Shown here piece by piece: positions 49,901 to 59,719 of a DNA stretch of 64,000 bases. Origin of the DNA: Nemertoderma westbladi (Eukaryota; Animalia; Xenacoelomorpha); NCBI GenBank assembly GCA_032718475.1, contig JAUCBJ010000606.1, positions 50,944 through 114,943 on the forward strand. The letters run 5' to 3'. A program made the translations under genes and the position numbers. The notes beneath the pieces were generated by a model, which saw only the letters and a list, made by a program, of their open reading frames with translations, did no database searches and was not told the DNA's origin. How positions within the stretch are numbered: position 1 is the stretch's first letter; each line of letters opens with the position of its first letter.

Positions 49901-52658
49901 CGATGTTTCGCTCATTACTTCCAAGGCTAAGACCATGCCTACTAAGTATATGACGACACCACGAGCCGAGCTACAAGCCGCGACCCTGTCAACCACCATC
50001 GTGAACCTCATACAGACAGAACTACAGTCGAGTTTACAGATATTTTATTGGACTGACGCGACGTTGGTTTTATTTTACATAAACAACGACACACTCGAAT
50101 TCAAGACATTCGTAGCTAACCGTCGCGCAGAGATTCTAGACCGTTCGATAAAAGAGGATTGGCGACATTGTCCCGGACCACAAAACCCAGCTGATATTGC
50201 GTCGCGAGGAATGATGCCTGAAGAATTCTGTAAACCGGAAAACAAAGAGTTTTGGCAACACGGACCCCAGTTCCTGCAGAAATCGACACAAGATTGGCCT
50301 CCGTTATACGACAACAAGTCCAACACCATTCCTAAGGACGCCGAAATCAAGAAACCAAAAAAGGGGAAGACAAAGAAAAAGACGACGGCGGCAAAACTCA
50401 AGAAAAAACCGAAGGCGAAATGGAAGGATATAACTTCAAAGGTCAAGAGAGGAAGACTTGCGAGCCTTTCTACACCAGACATATCGCCAGACGGTCGACC
50501 AGACACGTTACCAGACAGTCAACCAGACATTTTGCCAGACATATCACAAAATGTTCCACCAGACGTTAGTAACGCACTGACAAACAGTAAAGCCGCAGTT
50601 TCCCTATTGGAGCGGCCTTCTATTGACAAACAACCAGATACGTTACCAGACGTATCGCCAGACACACTACTAGACAGTCGACTAGACACTAGTAATGTAT
50701 TGACTAACAATAAAGCCGCAGTTTCCCTATTGGAGCGGCCTTGTATTGACAAACTACCAATTTTGACACACTTGAGCAACCATAAGCATGGTGAAACCTC
50801 ATGTATTGCAGATGTGGGTAGTACCTACGCTAATGTAAATACAGGTGTTACTTTGCGCTCAAGAGACATACCGAACTTACAACCTGTGGTGAGACCTGGG
50901 ATTAATGTCGGCAGAAAATTAAGTTTACCAAAACCTGCTGACCCCATAGAGTTCAAACCACCATTAGCGATCGACTTACAAAGTACCGACAATCAAGGTA
51001 AGAAGACAAAGAAGGACAAATTACTTGTAGACCCGGACGGATCAACAGTCAACAAGGGAATACTTACCGGCGGACCCGTGGGCCCTTCTAGTAATTCAAA
51101 ACCTTCCAAGTTCTCCATTGACTTACCTGATGACGTCACAAATACTTACGTCGACCGTATTGTAAACCTAACAGATTCTTGGTCAAACGCTTGCCGAAAA
51201 TTAGCGTGGATTGTACGTTTTGTACAATACGTTAAAGGCAAACGTGACTTCACACGTCGACTTACATTGGCTGAGATTGACAGGTGTGAGATCAAATTAA
51301 TTCGCCATTACCAACTGAGATATTTCGCGCGCGAATTCACATCTATAAGTCAAGGTCAACCAATCAAGTCGTCACCGATACTGAGTTGGAGTCCGATAAT
51401 TTATAATGGCTTAATTTGTCATAAATCTCGGCTTCAAAACATTGACTTTAACACGAACTTTAGGTACCCAATAATAATACCGCAACACCACGAACTACAA
51501 CGTGCAATGATACTGGACGCACATTTACATCTGAAACACGCAGGAAGACACCACTGTCTTTCCTACTTACGTACTAGATTTGTATTAATTAGACCCAGTA
51601 AAGCATTAAGTTCCGTGACACGTACGTGTATTATTTGTAAAAAGGTACATTCTAGAATAGGTACCCAAGAAATGAGTGAACTACCACAAGCACGACTTCA
51701 AGCATTCAGACCACCTTTTACAGAGACTGGAATTGATTGCTTTGGTCCCATACATACTAAACGTGGACGTATACTAGTAAAACGCTGGGGACTGATTTTC
51801 ACATGTATGTCCAGTAGGGCAGTTCACATTGAACGTGTGATGGATCTTTCCACCAACGCGTTTATACTAGCACTGCGGCGATTTATCGCTAGACGCGGAC
51901 TAGTAAAATGCTTGTACTCAGACCAAGGGACAAACTTTGTTGGTGCTCGGAATGAGATTGCTAGAGCCTTTAAGAAATTAGATCATGATCAAATCTCAAA
52001 CGAACTGCAACCTCACAAGATTGTTTGGAAGTTCAATCCTCCAGATAGTCCTTGGAGAGGCGGAGTCTGGGAGAGACTGATTAGATCTATAAAGACAGCA
52101 ATGGCAAAGGTCATTCCAGTAAACCACATATTAACAGACGACCAACTGACAACATTGTTTGTTGAAATCGAGGCAATACTAAATACTAGACCAATAGTAT
52201 TAGTACCCGATAACAAACAATCCCAGTTTGCTTTGACACCGGCACACCTGCTAATGCAGGCACCGACGACATTAACGCCGATTTCTATTCCAATAGAAAG
52301 CGACAGCTATGGTAGAAAAGCGTGGAAAATCACGCAACTACTAGCTAACAAATTCTGGGAAATATGGCAAAACCATTATTTGCCCTCTATTTCTGCCAGA
52401 ACAAACTGGTACAATAACACCCGCGCATTAAAGCCGGGAGATCACGTGCTGTTGGCGGAAGTGAATCTAAAAAGACGCTTCTGGATAACAGGTGTCATTT
52501 TAGCCACACATCCATCTATGGATGGAGTGACAAGAACTGTGACAGTACGGACAATTGACGGTCGTACAGTAGACAGACCGACTCAACGTCTCGTACTTCT
52601 TGAAGAGACTCGTAACGAGTCTGGAGACTACAAATCTCCACCTAATACTAGTAAATAA
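43998..52658 (+). CDS. BEL/Pao Gag-Pol polyprotein (coiled coil, Gag, 3 Zn knuckles, protease, RT, RNase H, integrase)
   Basis: PPKFSG..HW; CQYC..H..C, CWRCTRHGHVRKDC, CPSCGRNHDGLLH; protease ILDSAS; RT YLPHH, DVEAMFHQV, FYVDD; RNase H FSDAS, PRAEL, WTDA, NPADIASRG; integrase HH-CC, GIDCFGP, SDQGTNF, GGVWERL; 2886 aa uninterrupted. Confidence 0.97.
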   Translation: MSDKQDYTKNTQTDYDSCDADKSAAEEPQGKTREPTEPTPCASPVHPTGVPDAVVRGDGRTEDFLTVPQPRYRETEMVSSAGSTESVVRSVGGYMAHITRSIGEGQRILDGLTAPMSRFEFYTLQVRVQSKVYKSVDNLVGLQDLARQRQDMDTQLRILEKLMITREKLIQFKSTIRQIQQEQADQLLGESVSDELLQPEEEQELYRLDGQLKHLTDHLRMCGEDVGDWETVPEATRETSLAQIESAPGILDQSLVSIRSEICEGSIVTSEVARQQQEFHRQRQEVEEQAQLLVMQAAVEEEKLRVANIARISHLQEQAELEAAEVERLERDIARQAAAAAAESERQAAAAESERQAAAAESERQAAAAESERQAAAAAAELERDRLVSEARAEMKTRQIKAQSAIRQAEFEAQQRQTEQREKTAKLHFELEKKTRELANAEEDLDQKARDRSMRSRDGHDLDQLEVRHRQIQERKKEGSVGAPGRERQLVKDVCQRFPQVTHMFAPVTTKELISIAGSSDISPIHGVTEHRFVIPDKFTPPRATSSPIPKVKVSNPPIADRSSLLVGPALLTTKQVSPPLTPKPVTHYDYPMTFRPTRPLDSNAVVRPPVQFTSQSTTSRKTCEPTEQRRTVETRPFNQFTSQSTTSRKTCEPTEQRRSVDDVPKRAVRIRTTQRTRARRPPYPDDSSTSSESDYPKREVFRTGAADEYKRERSDNSFADNPPQNTPTQKALQPTNAISTQQFADILRPVVNKLAQIEERLEEVQTDSSRNSEFEHNRHPKGPQRPVPSNPTSYQGKAPRRENINQTTNQGRETLNVAEEIAKFAARQGLPVQQPPKFSGSSKHWHTFVDYIESQIAVCAFTSREKFNYLLQTLSGEPKRLAETFVGVPDAFELAYDRLTSIYGGTVSMARSVIEELCKGGAITKPVDLLKLADEIKNAITTLRSIGQLDYGNTPTVLLKIIGRLHHRLRREWRKVEYQREERGGFLKLEDVYLLISREAVVETRSNYTDQHIVAEGITLPSSNRQKPQTTSTKTATYATPTESRQFSDGNRVSAPIGTKQTRQQLSADFNGCQYCEHLGKRYIGHKLRGCRQFRELNSEERRLQIRPLDSCWRCTRHGHVRKDCPNTDTCPSCGRNHDGLLHTDSHTPTKRFAREHPEAAARCDAAYRKRESKTTPTFVTHIEDCFSEQSGSSDEESEDDEYSNGDEQPSIALLTTDQLKGFSVIPIKVTGTKGSKRIYAILDSASSHSYVDEKIADVVTDLRQGKHVSYTVSSMHGQRAIPVTRVKLDLDSLLPKSQHSERERSLLPFRDLTFAATKDFSNLLGPVPEQSLEDRKYFRHLGVPECPVNYRSVAMLIGTDQFNLHQVWETRPSAVVAGNAYACRTPIGWYTRAPVRTLDVSDEEDDVQSTCSLLTTNSIHSFSHDVNHTTLQSTKHHRRVTSMISHKEQLTHKVSLEIGGKMSQLEIPSTTDDRLASLPTPITSTVPIDIDDDALKIHQLEQAALDKELTEKTIRWLEQDTAEPGSYDPCMSEQEKQSLKIMEDTIRQTEDGHYEVGMLWRSQSPKLINNYPLALRRLHSIRQRLLKDEKAHLQYNTQMETYLTKGYAIRMTNPERVTDQTYYLPHHYVRHPDKPDKVRVVNDCAALFEGMSLNSELMDGPNMNNYLMGVIMRFRQRQVAFTCDVEAMFHQVKALERDRDSLRFLWYPEGDLSLPPATYQMQVRVFGARDSPNCTMYALKQAARDQKHLYDPEIIRIVERDFYVDDGLQSCDTVERATTVAHQLRDCLAGGGFNLTKFASNSAELVDSFGTTERGGGDIDLEFEPLPTTKVLGLFWDPNTDNFRVKVRLDSQGDTLTKRSCLSKLSRLFDPLGFISPVILQARIYMRSIWKDGLTWDEPISSDQVDLWKTWEAELSSLEDYSIPRVYFPLQSTFPDNLELHCFSDASDNGFGVAAYLRRQVESDEFDVSLITSKAKTMPTKYMTTPRAELQAATLSTTIVNLIQTELQSSLQIFYWTDATLVLFYINNDTLEFKTFVANRRAEILDRSIKEDWRHCPGPQNPADIASRGMMPEEFCKPENKEFWQHGPQFLQKSTQDWPPLYDNKSNTIPKDAEIKKPKKGKTKKKTTAAKLKKKPKAKWKDITSKVKRGRLASLSTPDISPDGRPDTLPDSQPDILPDISQNVPPDVSNALTNSKAAVSLLERPSIDKQPDTLPDVSPDTLLDSRLDTSNVLTNNKAAVSLLERPCIDKLPILTHLSNHKHGETSCIADVGSTYANVNTGVTLRSRDIPNLQPVVRPGINVGRKLSLPKPADPIEFKPPLAIDLQSTDNQGKKTKKDKLLVDPDGSTVNKGILTGGPVGPSSNSKPSKFSIDLPDDVTNTYVDRIVNLTDSWSNACRKLAWIVRFVQYVKGKRDFTRRLTLAEIDRCEIKLIRHYQLRYFAREFTSISQGQPIKSSPILSWSPIIYNGLICHKSRLQNIDFNTNFRYPIIIPQHHELQRAMILDAHLHLKHAGRHHCLSYLRTRFVLIRPSKALSSVTRTCIICKKVHSRIGTQEMSELPQARLQAFRPPFTETGIDCFGPIHTKRGRILVKRWGLIFTCMSSRAVHIERVMDLSTNAFILALRRFIARRGLVKCLYSDQGTNFVGARNEIARAFKKLDHDQISNELQPHKIVWKFNPPDSPWRGGVWERLIRSIKTAMAKVIPVNHILTDDQLTTLFVEIEAILNTRPIVLVPDNKQSQFALTPAHLLMQAPTTLTPISIPIESDSYGRKAWKITQLLANKFWEIWQNHYLPSISARTNWYNNTRALKPGDHVLLAEVNLKRRFWITGVILATHPSMDGVTRTVTVRTIDGRTVDRPTQRLVLLEETRNESGDYKSPPNTSK

Positions 52659-53316
52659 TTAGGAGTTTACAAATAGATTCCCACGTACCTGTACACCGTA
52701 GTAAGGACAGCGGTAGAATTCCATTGTCTTTATATGTGAACATTGAGGGTAGTACCCTTATGTGTCACATAGGAGCGGGATTTGTAGGTATAAGAAATGG
52801 AATTCTACTTGGAACTCACAATATTGAGACATTTTCGAAATTTTAGACAATCCATTTGGATTTGAAAAATTTTTAAAATTTTCTCCAGTGAATAGATTTC
52901 AGGGTACAGTCGGGTGGAACTTAAAATTAGAGAAACAAGAGAGGAAGACTTGCGAGCCTTTCTTAAAATTTTAATTAAATTTTACACGGTCTTGTTTCAA
53001 TAAGTTACGTCAAAATAGACTCCCCTATATTTATTACTAATTCTTGACTGCTTATTTTCTGATAATAGTTTGGGATCAAAAAGTGAGTATTTTAGACTCA
53101 CGGCCAGTTTAGCCCAAATTCGTTTTTACTTCGGCAAAAAATTTTAGATAAGAAGCAGCGTGTCATTAAAGAAACCCTAGATCTTAGGCTATGGGTAGGA
53201 GGTTAGAGCGTTGTCGAGCCCAAAGGGCAGACGAAACTCTCACGTCTCCTCACAACTAACTACAAACTCTGTTGTATTCCCTCTAGTAGTAATGATTATG
53301 TAACTACACCCTAATT

Positions 53317-56300
53317 ATGGAGAAAGGGATACAAGGAGAGCCGAGATGGGGATATGATATCCAAGAGGAGGCAGCAGCGCCATTCGAAAGATTTGGAGCC
53401 AAGGATTATACTATATTTGGTATAAAAGAATTATCGGAAAGTACAGCGAAACTCGCGAGAACTAAATATGACTCGAATGTATTAAAGAGAAGGCAAAACG
53501 CATTAAACGAAAGAATCGAAAGTTTGCGCCAAACCTTCAACGAACTTTACCCGTACGATGCTTTGTGTGACACGGGAGACATTAGCGAAGACCCCGATAC
53601 TGAAATTAGTCGTTTGTATCATACCATGCAATACCTAAAGGCGCACGAACCTATGCCTGCGGTACGCGATGAATTCGATGGAATGCATCTTTACAGACGA
53701 ACTCGAGGGGACGATAGAGAAACCAAGGAAGCATTTTCAGTTTATAAACTTTATTATCAATGCGGTTCTTGTATGCGCGAACAACGAAATGCGATTCCGA
53801 TGCGTTTGAATAAGGAAAATCCCGAACCGATATTGGCGAGGTGTTCGAATCATCAACAACTACGCTACCAGGAAGGAGGGTATCCTTTATCGAATCCATA
53901 TCATTCATTTGCTATGACCGGACCAAAGGCGGGAGAAACTGTCATTTACCCACCTAAGGTTGTTGAACCCGATGTATTTGAACTTACGCTGGACGAGGCG
54001 AATCAGTCAACCCGCGAAAAGAAAGAAGCTCTTAGCCTATACAGAGCCTACAAGGCTTTCGAGAAAGGTGAGATGGAAGAATGGGGTGGAAGACTCGCGA
54101 GCCTACCTTGCCATTGGACGTCACACGATCAAACTTCAGCTAAGGAGATGACACCGGAAGTTTTCGAGAGCATAAACTTCGCTCAAAACGTTATTCAGAG
54201 ACTACAGATTGCATCCCCGGAGAGGCCAAGAGAAATGCAACCGTATAGTACTTCAGCTACGAAACCATTGAGTACGACACTCAATTTCCCTATTAGTATA
54301 CCAGTCCGACAGGATACGACGTACGAAATACCCATCGTGGATCATCCAGAAATCATTTCAAACTTGGAGTTTCTTCCTGCAGTTGTTTTCAGCGATATGA
54401 GTAAGATATATGATTTGCGTAGACATATTACTCAAAAGGTCGTGAACAACGTTCCACCTCATATCCAAGATTTTAAGGAACTGGATAGAGCTGGTGCCGA
54501 CATAGCTCCGAGTAATCTGAAAGGATATCTAACCAAGACGATTCGTTTATGGATTGGAATCGGAACCTTCGAGTCGGATACAGGTATTGCCGCAGATTGG
54601 CGAGGTAAGGTTATTCGTTTCGATGAGGATAAGGATATAGAGAAGATTTGGCAACCTTCGGAAGAATTGTTGGATGAATGGACTAGGACGTTTAGATCGT
54701 TTCAGGAAAACGGTTATATGTTTTACGATAACGAGGGCGGCAGTCATCAGCAGAGTTTGACTTCTAAGACTATACAGATTAGAGCGGCGGACGGAGTCCT
54801 GCACGTTTTCAGTAGACAGAGGAGCGACAAACGAATGCCGATACCTCCAGCGAATACAAAGCGACACCATCTTATAACCGATATAGTAAAGAAGATGGAC
54901 CAAGCTTGTAATATTGACGCTAGAATGCTACCGAAGATGGTAAGAAACATGATTTTAGATAAAACTGTTGTAAAGGTTGGATCAGGAGTAAGGGAGGATT
55001 TAATTAGCGACTTCGCCGGCATGACGGACAGCGATGACCGACTACCGACACCATACGTCGACACTCGACCTCTTATTCTGTGGTCTATAGAACAGGGATA
55101 TTTTCGTGAGTATAATACTCAGAAGACTGGAACTGGATACATTTCCTACCTGTTATTCAATTGGGATTATAAGGAAGGTAAAAGAAACAAGTATATTGAA
55201 ACTTATGGAGAAGGTGATACTCCAGATATGAGTGAGTTTGAATCACAGCTTAAATGGAGAGGATGCGTGTATTGGGCTATTACGTCACCTCCAAGAGCGG
55301 TCTTACAATATTATTTAGCGATAGAGTCGTCAGTGAATGTTTGCCTAATCGCCGACATTGTGTCTCGGACTCTCAAAAGACATCCACTTTGTCTCGGAGA
55401 AGATCATACGTTCTACATGGAAGGGAGAATTCGTACCGACGTGTTTAGACGATTCCTTGAACCCTTCTACAACTCCGACGCTCAGTGTAATGCCTTTACT
55501 CGAGCAGGATTTAGTATATTTCGAGACGTGTATCTTCGCTGTGCGGGATCTCTTATCGAAAGACCATCTATGTTTACATTGTTACCCTATGAAGGAGAAC
55601 GTATTGTGGAAATTACGGATGAATCACGGCAGACGCGCGCGCCTATCGGTCACCCCGGTGATGATTTCAACGTAACTACTACGATCGCCGACGATCCTTT
55701 AGAGGAACTTCTTGAGATAGAAAGGAACCTCCCGAAGAAATCTCAGACGGAGATTCGACAACTTGAAGCAACAGATGCTATAGTTTGTATACAACCTTCA
55801 GAAACCTACCAACCTATAGACCCAGATGATTACGATTATAGTGTGGGAGGAAGCGCTCGACCGATTGGAGATCTTATATACGAACGAGTGTGGTACCCTG
55901 CTAATACGATGTGTAGTAAATGTGGCGTCGCTGGACATCATATGGCAAAGTGCAGTGGAAAGCACATTACTACGACTCAGCTAATCTGTGGATGGTGTGG
56001 GGATCAAGGGTCTCATACCTTTTATACTTGCTGGAGATTTATGGCTCAATGTACTTACTGCAATATAAAGGGACATCGAGCATCTGAATGCCAACTGAGA
56101 GACATACCTTATGAACACGAATCTGTAAAACTTGTGAGGAAGTTATTTGATGAGTGGGAAGATTTAGCCGACGAACATGTATCGGCACAGAGAAGACGGT
56201 TTCCGATGAGAGCGCATCTCGGATTTTGGGCGGTAAATCCCCAGACGATGATGTCGGAAGGATATATCTCCGCTATGCCCCAATATGACGAACTTATCGA

Positions 56301-57042
56301 GGTTGTTGATATTTTGCCCCACGACAGCGGATTCCGAGTGGTGCGCGAGTATCTGTTACAGATTCACCCGGATAACAAAAACACGTGGAATTTTCAGAAA
56401 GTCGTAAATCGTATCACGTATGGTGAATTTGATCGTTTCCGAACCGAAAAGCGGAATAAAGGAGCTTGGTTAACCGTCGCATGGGCGTACCGAGCCGCGT
56501 TTTACCATAAACGTATACGAGCGAGCGTATTCGAGGAAGAAGAGGTCCTAGAGGCGACGAATATACCAGCCACTCCGGTTGCGCCGTCTGCACGTCACCC
56601 TCGGGAGGACGGGCAGGGAAGGATCATACGGGTCCAAAAGGTGGGCCAACAATTGAAGAAAATAATTAATGTAGAAGAACGCAAGGGAGTTGAGCCGACT
56701 ATTCGAGTTACTCGGGATACGGTATCACTTCCAAGAGAACCGGTAGGAGGATCGGGACATACACCAGCTGATCAACAGGGGGCGCAAGCTACTCTTGGGT
56801 CTGCGTCGTCCGCTTCTCACGCGTTCCCAGACGTTCTACCAACTGTAGCGACAACTGATCGGTCACGAGGAATTGGTCGAGGTTTTGGGATGCCAAATAG
56901 ACGAATTTGCGAGGAAATAGTTGCACCGTCTCTCAACGTCCCAAGTAAACCAGTGACTCGCCCCATTAGTCCCATATCGCGAGCAAAGTCACCTGTGCGC
57001 AGTTTTCGAGGACGCGGCAGGGCTCGATCAACTAAGCGATAA
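53317..57042 (+). CDS. Accessory ORF: DEDDy-like 3'-5' exonuclease domain plus three CCHC zinc knuckles
   Basis: ExoI-like FYDNEG...IQI, ExoII-like ILDKTVVKVGSGVREDL, YVDTRPL, ExoIII-like W..SPP...LQYYLAIE (about 54700-55330); CSKCGVAGHHMAKC, CGWCGDQGSHTFYTC, CTYCNIKGHRASEC (55911-56092); intact 1241 aa inside the LTRs. Confidence 0.75.
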   Translation: MEKGIQGEPRWGYDIQEEAAAPFERFGAKDYTIFGIKELSESTAKLARTKYDSNVLKRRQNALNERIESLRQTFNELYPYDALCDTGDISEDPDTEISRLYHTMQYLKAHEPMPAVRDEFDGMHLYRRTRGDDRETKEAFSVYKLYYQCGSCMREQRNAIPMRLNKENPEPILARCSNHQQLRYQEGGYPLSNPYHSFAMTGPKAGETVIYPPKVVEPDVFELTLDEANQSTREKKEALSLYRAYKAFEKGEMEEWGGRLASLPCHWTSHDQTSAKEMTPEVFESINFAQNVIQRLQIASPERPREMQPYSTSATKPLSTTLNFPISIPVRQDTTYEIPIVDHPEIISNLEFLPAVVFSDMSKIYDLRRHITQKVVNNVPPHIQDFKELDRAGADIAPSNLKGYLTKTIRLWIGIGTFESDTGIAADWRGKVIRFDEDKDIEKIWQPSEELLDEWTRTFRSFQENGYMFYDNEGGSHQQSLTSKTIQIRAADGVLHVFSRQRSDKRMPIPPANTKRHHLITDIVKKMDQACNIDARMLPKMVRNMILDKTVVKVGSGVREDLISDFAGMTDSDDRLPTPYVDTRPLILWSIEQGYFREYNTQKTGTGYISYLLFNWDYKEGKRNKYIETYGEGDTPDMSEFESQLKWRGCVYWAITSPPRAVLQYYLAIESSVNVCLIADIVSRTLKRHPLCLGEDHTFYMEGRIRTDVFRRFLEPFYNSDAQCNAFTRAGFSIFRDVYLRCAGSLIERPSMFTLLPYEGERIVEITDESRQTRAPIGHPGDDFNVTTTIADDPLEELLEIERNLPKKSQTEIRQLEATDAIVCIQPSETYQPIDPDDYDYSVGGSARPIGDLIYERVWYPANTMCSKCGVAGHHMAKCSGKHITTTQLICGWCGDQGSHTFYTCWRFMAQCTYCNIKGHRASECQLRDIPYEHESVKLVRKLFDEWEDLADEHVSAQRRRFPMRAHLGFWAVNPQTMMSEGYISAMPQYDELIEVVDILPHDSGFRVVREYLLQIHPDNKNTWNFQKVVNRITYGEFDRFRTEKRNKGAWLTVAWAYRAAFYHKRIRASVFEEEEVLEATNIPATPVAPSARHPREDGQGRIIRVQKVGQQLKKIINVEERKGVEPTIRVTRDTVSLPREPVGGSGHTPADQQGAQATLGSASSASHAFPDVLPTVATTDRSRGIGRGFGMPNRRICEEIVAPSLNVPSKPVTRPISPISRAKSPVRSFRGRGRARSTKR

Positions 57043-57799
57043 AAGGGAGGGCAAGGGTGGACGGAAGACTCGTGAGCCTTTCTTATGATTTGTGATTTAT
57101 TTGAATTATATGTTTTATATTTAGAAAGAAATTTAGAAAGTTTATATTTAGAAGGAACTTATATTTGAAAGATTTATGTTTCATATTTGAGATGCAAAGG
57201 TTTATATTATTCTAAACTTATGCAGTTTATATTTATATTTAAGTAAAGACTTATATTTAGTAAAACTTATATTTAGTAAGAATTTATATTTACGTGATTA
57301 TTTCGAACTTATGCAATTTATATTATTCCAAACTTATGCAATTTGTATTGTTCCGAATACTATATTTTATAAGCAGTATTTGTATTTACAGTGTAAAAGA
57401 GAAAGTTTTATAGACAGAAAAATTTGTGCTCAGAAAGACTCATATTTGTAATTATTCCAAACCTATGCAATCTACATTTAGGTACGAAAGTATTTGTAAT
57501 TACTTGAGATGCAATATTATTTGTATTTGTAATTGTTTGAATTTATGCAATATCTGAGATGCAATAGATTTATATTGGTGAATTTAATTTAGATTTATAT
57601 TGTACTTACTTAGTAAAGCCTTAAATACGTAAAGTTTGAATTTGTAATTATTTTGTATCGAATCATTACGTAGAAAGGAAGTATTGTTTGAAACTTAATA
57701 GTAAATATGTAAGTACGCCCTAAGTATTCTATAGTTTGATTGATTATTGGTGAAAACCGTATATTTTATGCACGATAATATCCTGTTTTCATGGAGCGG

Positions 57800-59719
57800 T
57801 ATAGAATTATATTCCCTAAATGCCGTGGATTTTCAAAATTTTATTTTATTCGAATTAACTTTGTAAAGATTGCTTTGAGTTCTCATTAGTATTGGTTCTA
57901 TCTATTATGCATCTATCGGTCAAGTGGTTCAGTAGCTCAGTTGGTAGAGCGTTGGAAATTATAAGTGTAGTAGGTATCGAGTTCGAATCCTAGTAAGTGC
58001 GAATTATTTTTTGTGCAGAATTTCAACTCATTTAAATTAACCGCTACAAATTAATTGCATTTGTCTGTACCAATAAGGCTGTAGTTATTTGATTGTAACC
58101 AATGTCGTGCAAGTTATATATTAGCTGGACCAATAAGCTATCTTTAAAACCTTGTTAGAACCCATAGAACAATCGAGAATTTTCTCGATTGATTGCGGCA
58201 CAAATTTAGTATATAAAGGTGCGATTCGTTCATTAGTTATCAATCACTACTCAATCTACCTAATACAATCATTTATTCTGTCGTGCTTAGTTTATTCTCA
58301 GATTACATTGTATTATAATTGTATCTTTTGTAATAAAAGTCAGAAATACTAGTCACATCTCAGCTTTTCTATCTGTTTTACTATGGTTTCGCTACGGTGA
58401 ACAAACTCAGGGACAGGATGGCCGGCTAGAGATCGGGCCGCAGCAATGAACGGGAACATCACGGGAATGTAGACGAGAGACAACCCGCAATACCATCTAG
58501 TGTTATTCGCCCATCGCCTGAAAGGTTAGACAGCGTTCGATCCTTGCTACCTAAGTGTAAGACCAAAAGATCAAAGGTAGACGTAGTGACACGCTGTAAG
58601 CCCAAAATTACATCATAGGGACTGTACTGTCTTGATTCAGGAAAAAACCGCAGTAGACCTTCATATTCCTACGGGGGAGGAGAGAGAGCAGATACTAGTA
58701 CGCAGATAGGACGTAGGCACACCGGTACAAGGCATACACATTGGTTAGGGTGCAGCAAACTGTACGCTTAACTCTTGCTAAGTACAGGTGTGTGTGTGAC
58801 TATTTGCAGTACGACCGTGTCTATTACATCAGAACTTGTAGGCTAGGGGGTTGCTGTGTTTTCACCTGAATTGGGATTGTACCGTTCAGGCGGTAGGGCA
58901 GTTTACGCTAGGCGCAAATAAATCGAGGCTATCAGGGATATACTAACATCTACCGTGTCCCGCCAACGCCCTAATAGGAAGTTACCTGGACTACCTGGGT
59001 GACTAAAATTCTAGATAGGAGCCAGGATAGCTATTAGTACCCGTACGCCTACAGTAGTAAACTAACACATCTCTTCTTAGTATCAGGGACCTGGTACCTA
59101 AAATTGCCGAATTCTGGGCGTAGTATTAACCTTATGCCTGAATTTGAGTCCTGGAAATACGCAAGAGGGGAAGGAACCTTATCATTCGTGAGTATTGGAC
59201 CTACAAGTTATAAAATTAGAATATTCGTAAAATGCACACCGTACCCAGTAATTATATATGTGAAGGAGCAAAACTGCTTTTGACCGTTCAGAATTAACAC
59301 GCGCGCGTTAGAAATTATTTACACCTCAAAATATATAAAATTAACTTTCGTCCTTACTGCACTTTGCTCGCTAGTTAGACATCTCCAAATCTGCTCTATA
59401 CCTAACTAGCGTCCCTTTGCCCAACCATATAAATCACACCGCGGCAAAGTATACGAGCCCCTTAGTCCGTCAGTGAGTCAGCCTGATTTTAGGATTCGCT
59501 GCGCGGGATTTTGTTTTATCGAAGTTTGTCTGCTCGTAGACTGTTTTCTGCCTCACCGGTTAAAAGAGATCGATACTGCAATATATTCGCTTACTTGGGG
59601 TTTACTGTTTTGGTGAGAAGGTCGGATTTATGATTTGATTTACAAACTTTACAGTAGGATATTGCAGGTATTGTTACCGTCTCTTCCGATAGTAGGAATA
59701 GGCGTATCTCTCCAATTTA
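57800..59719 (+). repeat. 3' LTR (1920 bp)
   Basis: Direct repeat of 41271-43190; preceded by a short purine-rich GGAGCGG; followed by TSD CCACA. Confidence 0.96.

Larger units (their letters stand above)
41271..59719 (+). mobile_element. Full-length BEL/Pao LTR retrotransposon (18449 bp) with an extra ORF
   Basis: Two 1920-bp direct repeats offset by 16529 bp; TSD CCACA at 41266-41270 and 59720-59724; single gag-pol ORF in BEL domain order. Confidence 0.97.

Noticed and set aside
44039-55675. Many short antisense or alternate-frame ORFs within the BEL ORFs
   Set aside because: Shadow ORFs of long coding regions with no motifs.
53317-57042. env gene
   Set aside because: No signal peptide or transmembrane segment visible; it has nuclease-like and zinc-knuckle motifs instead.
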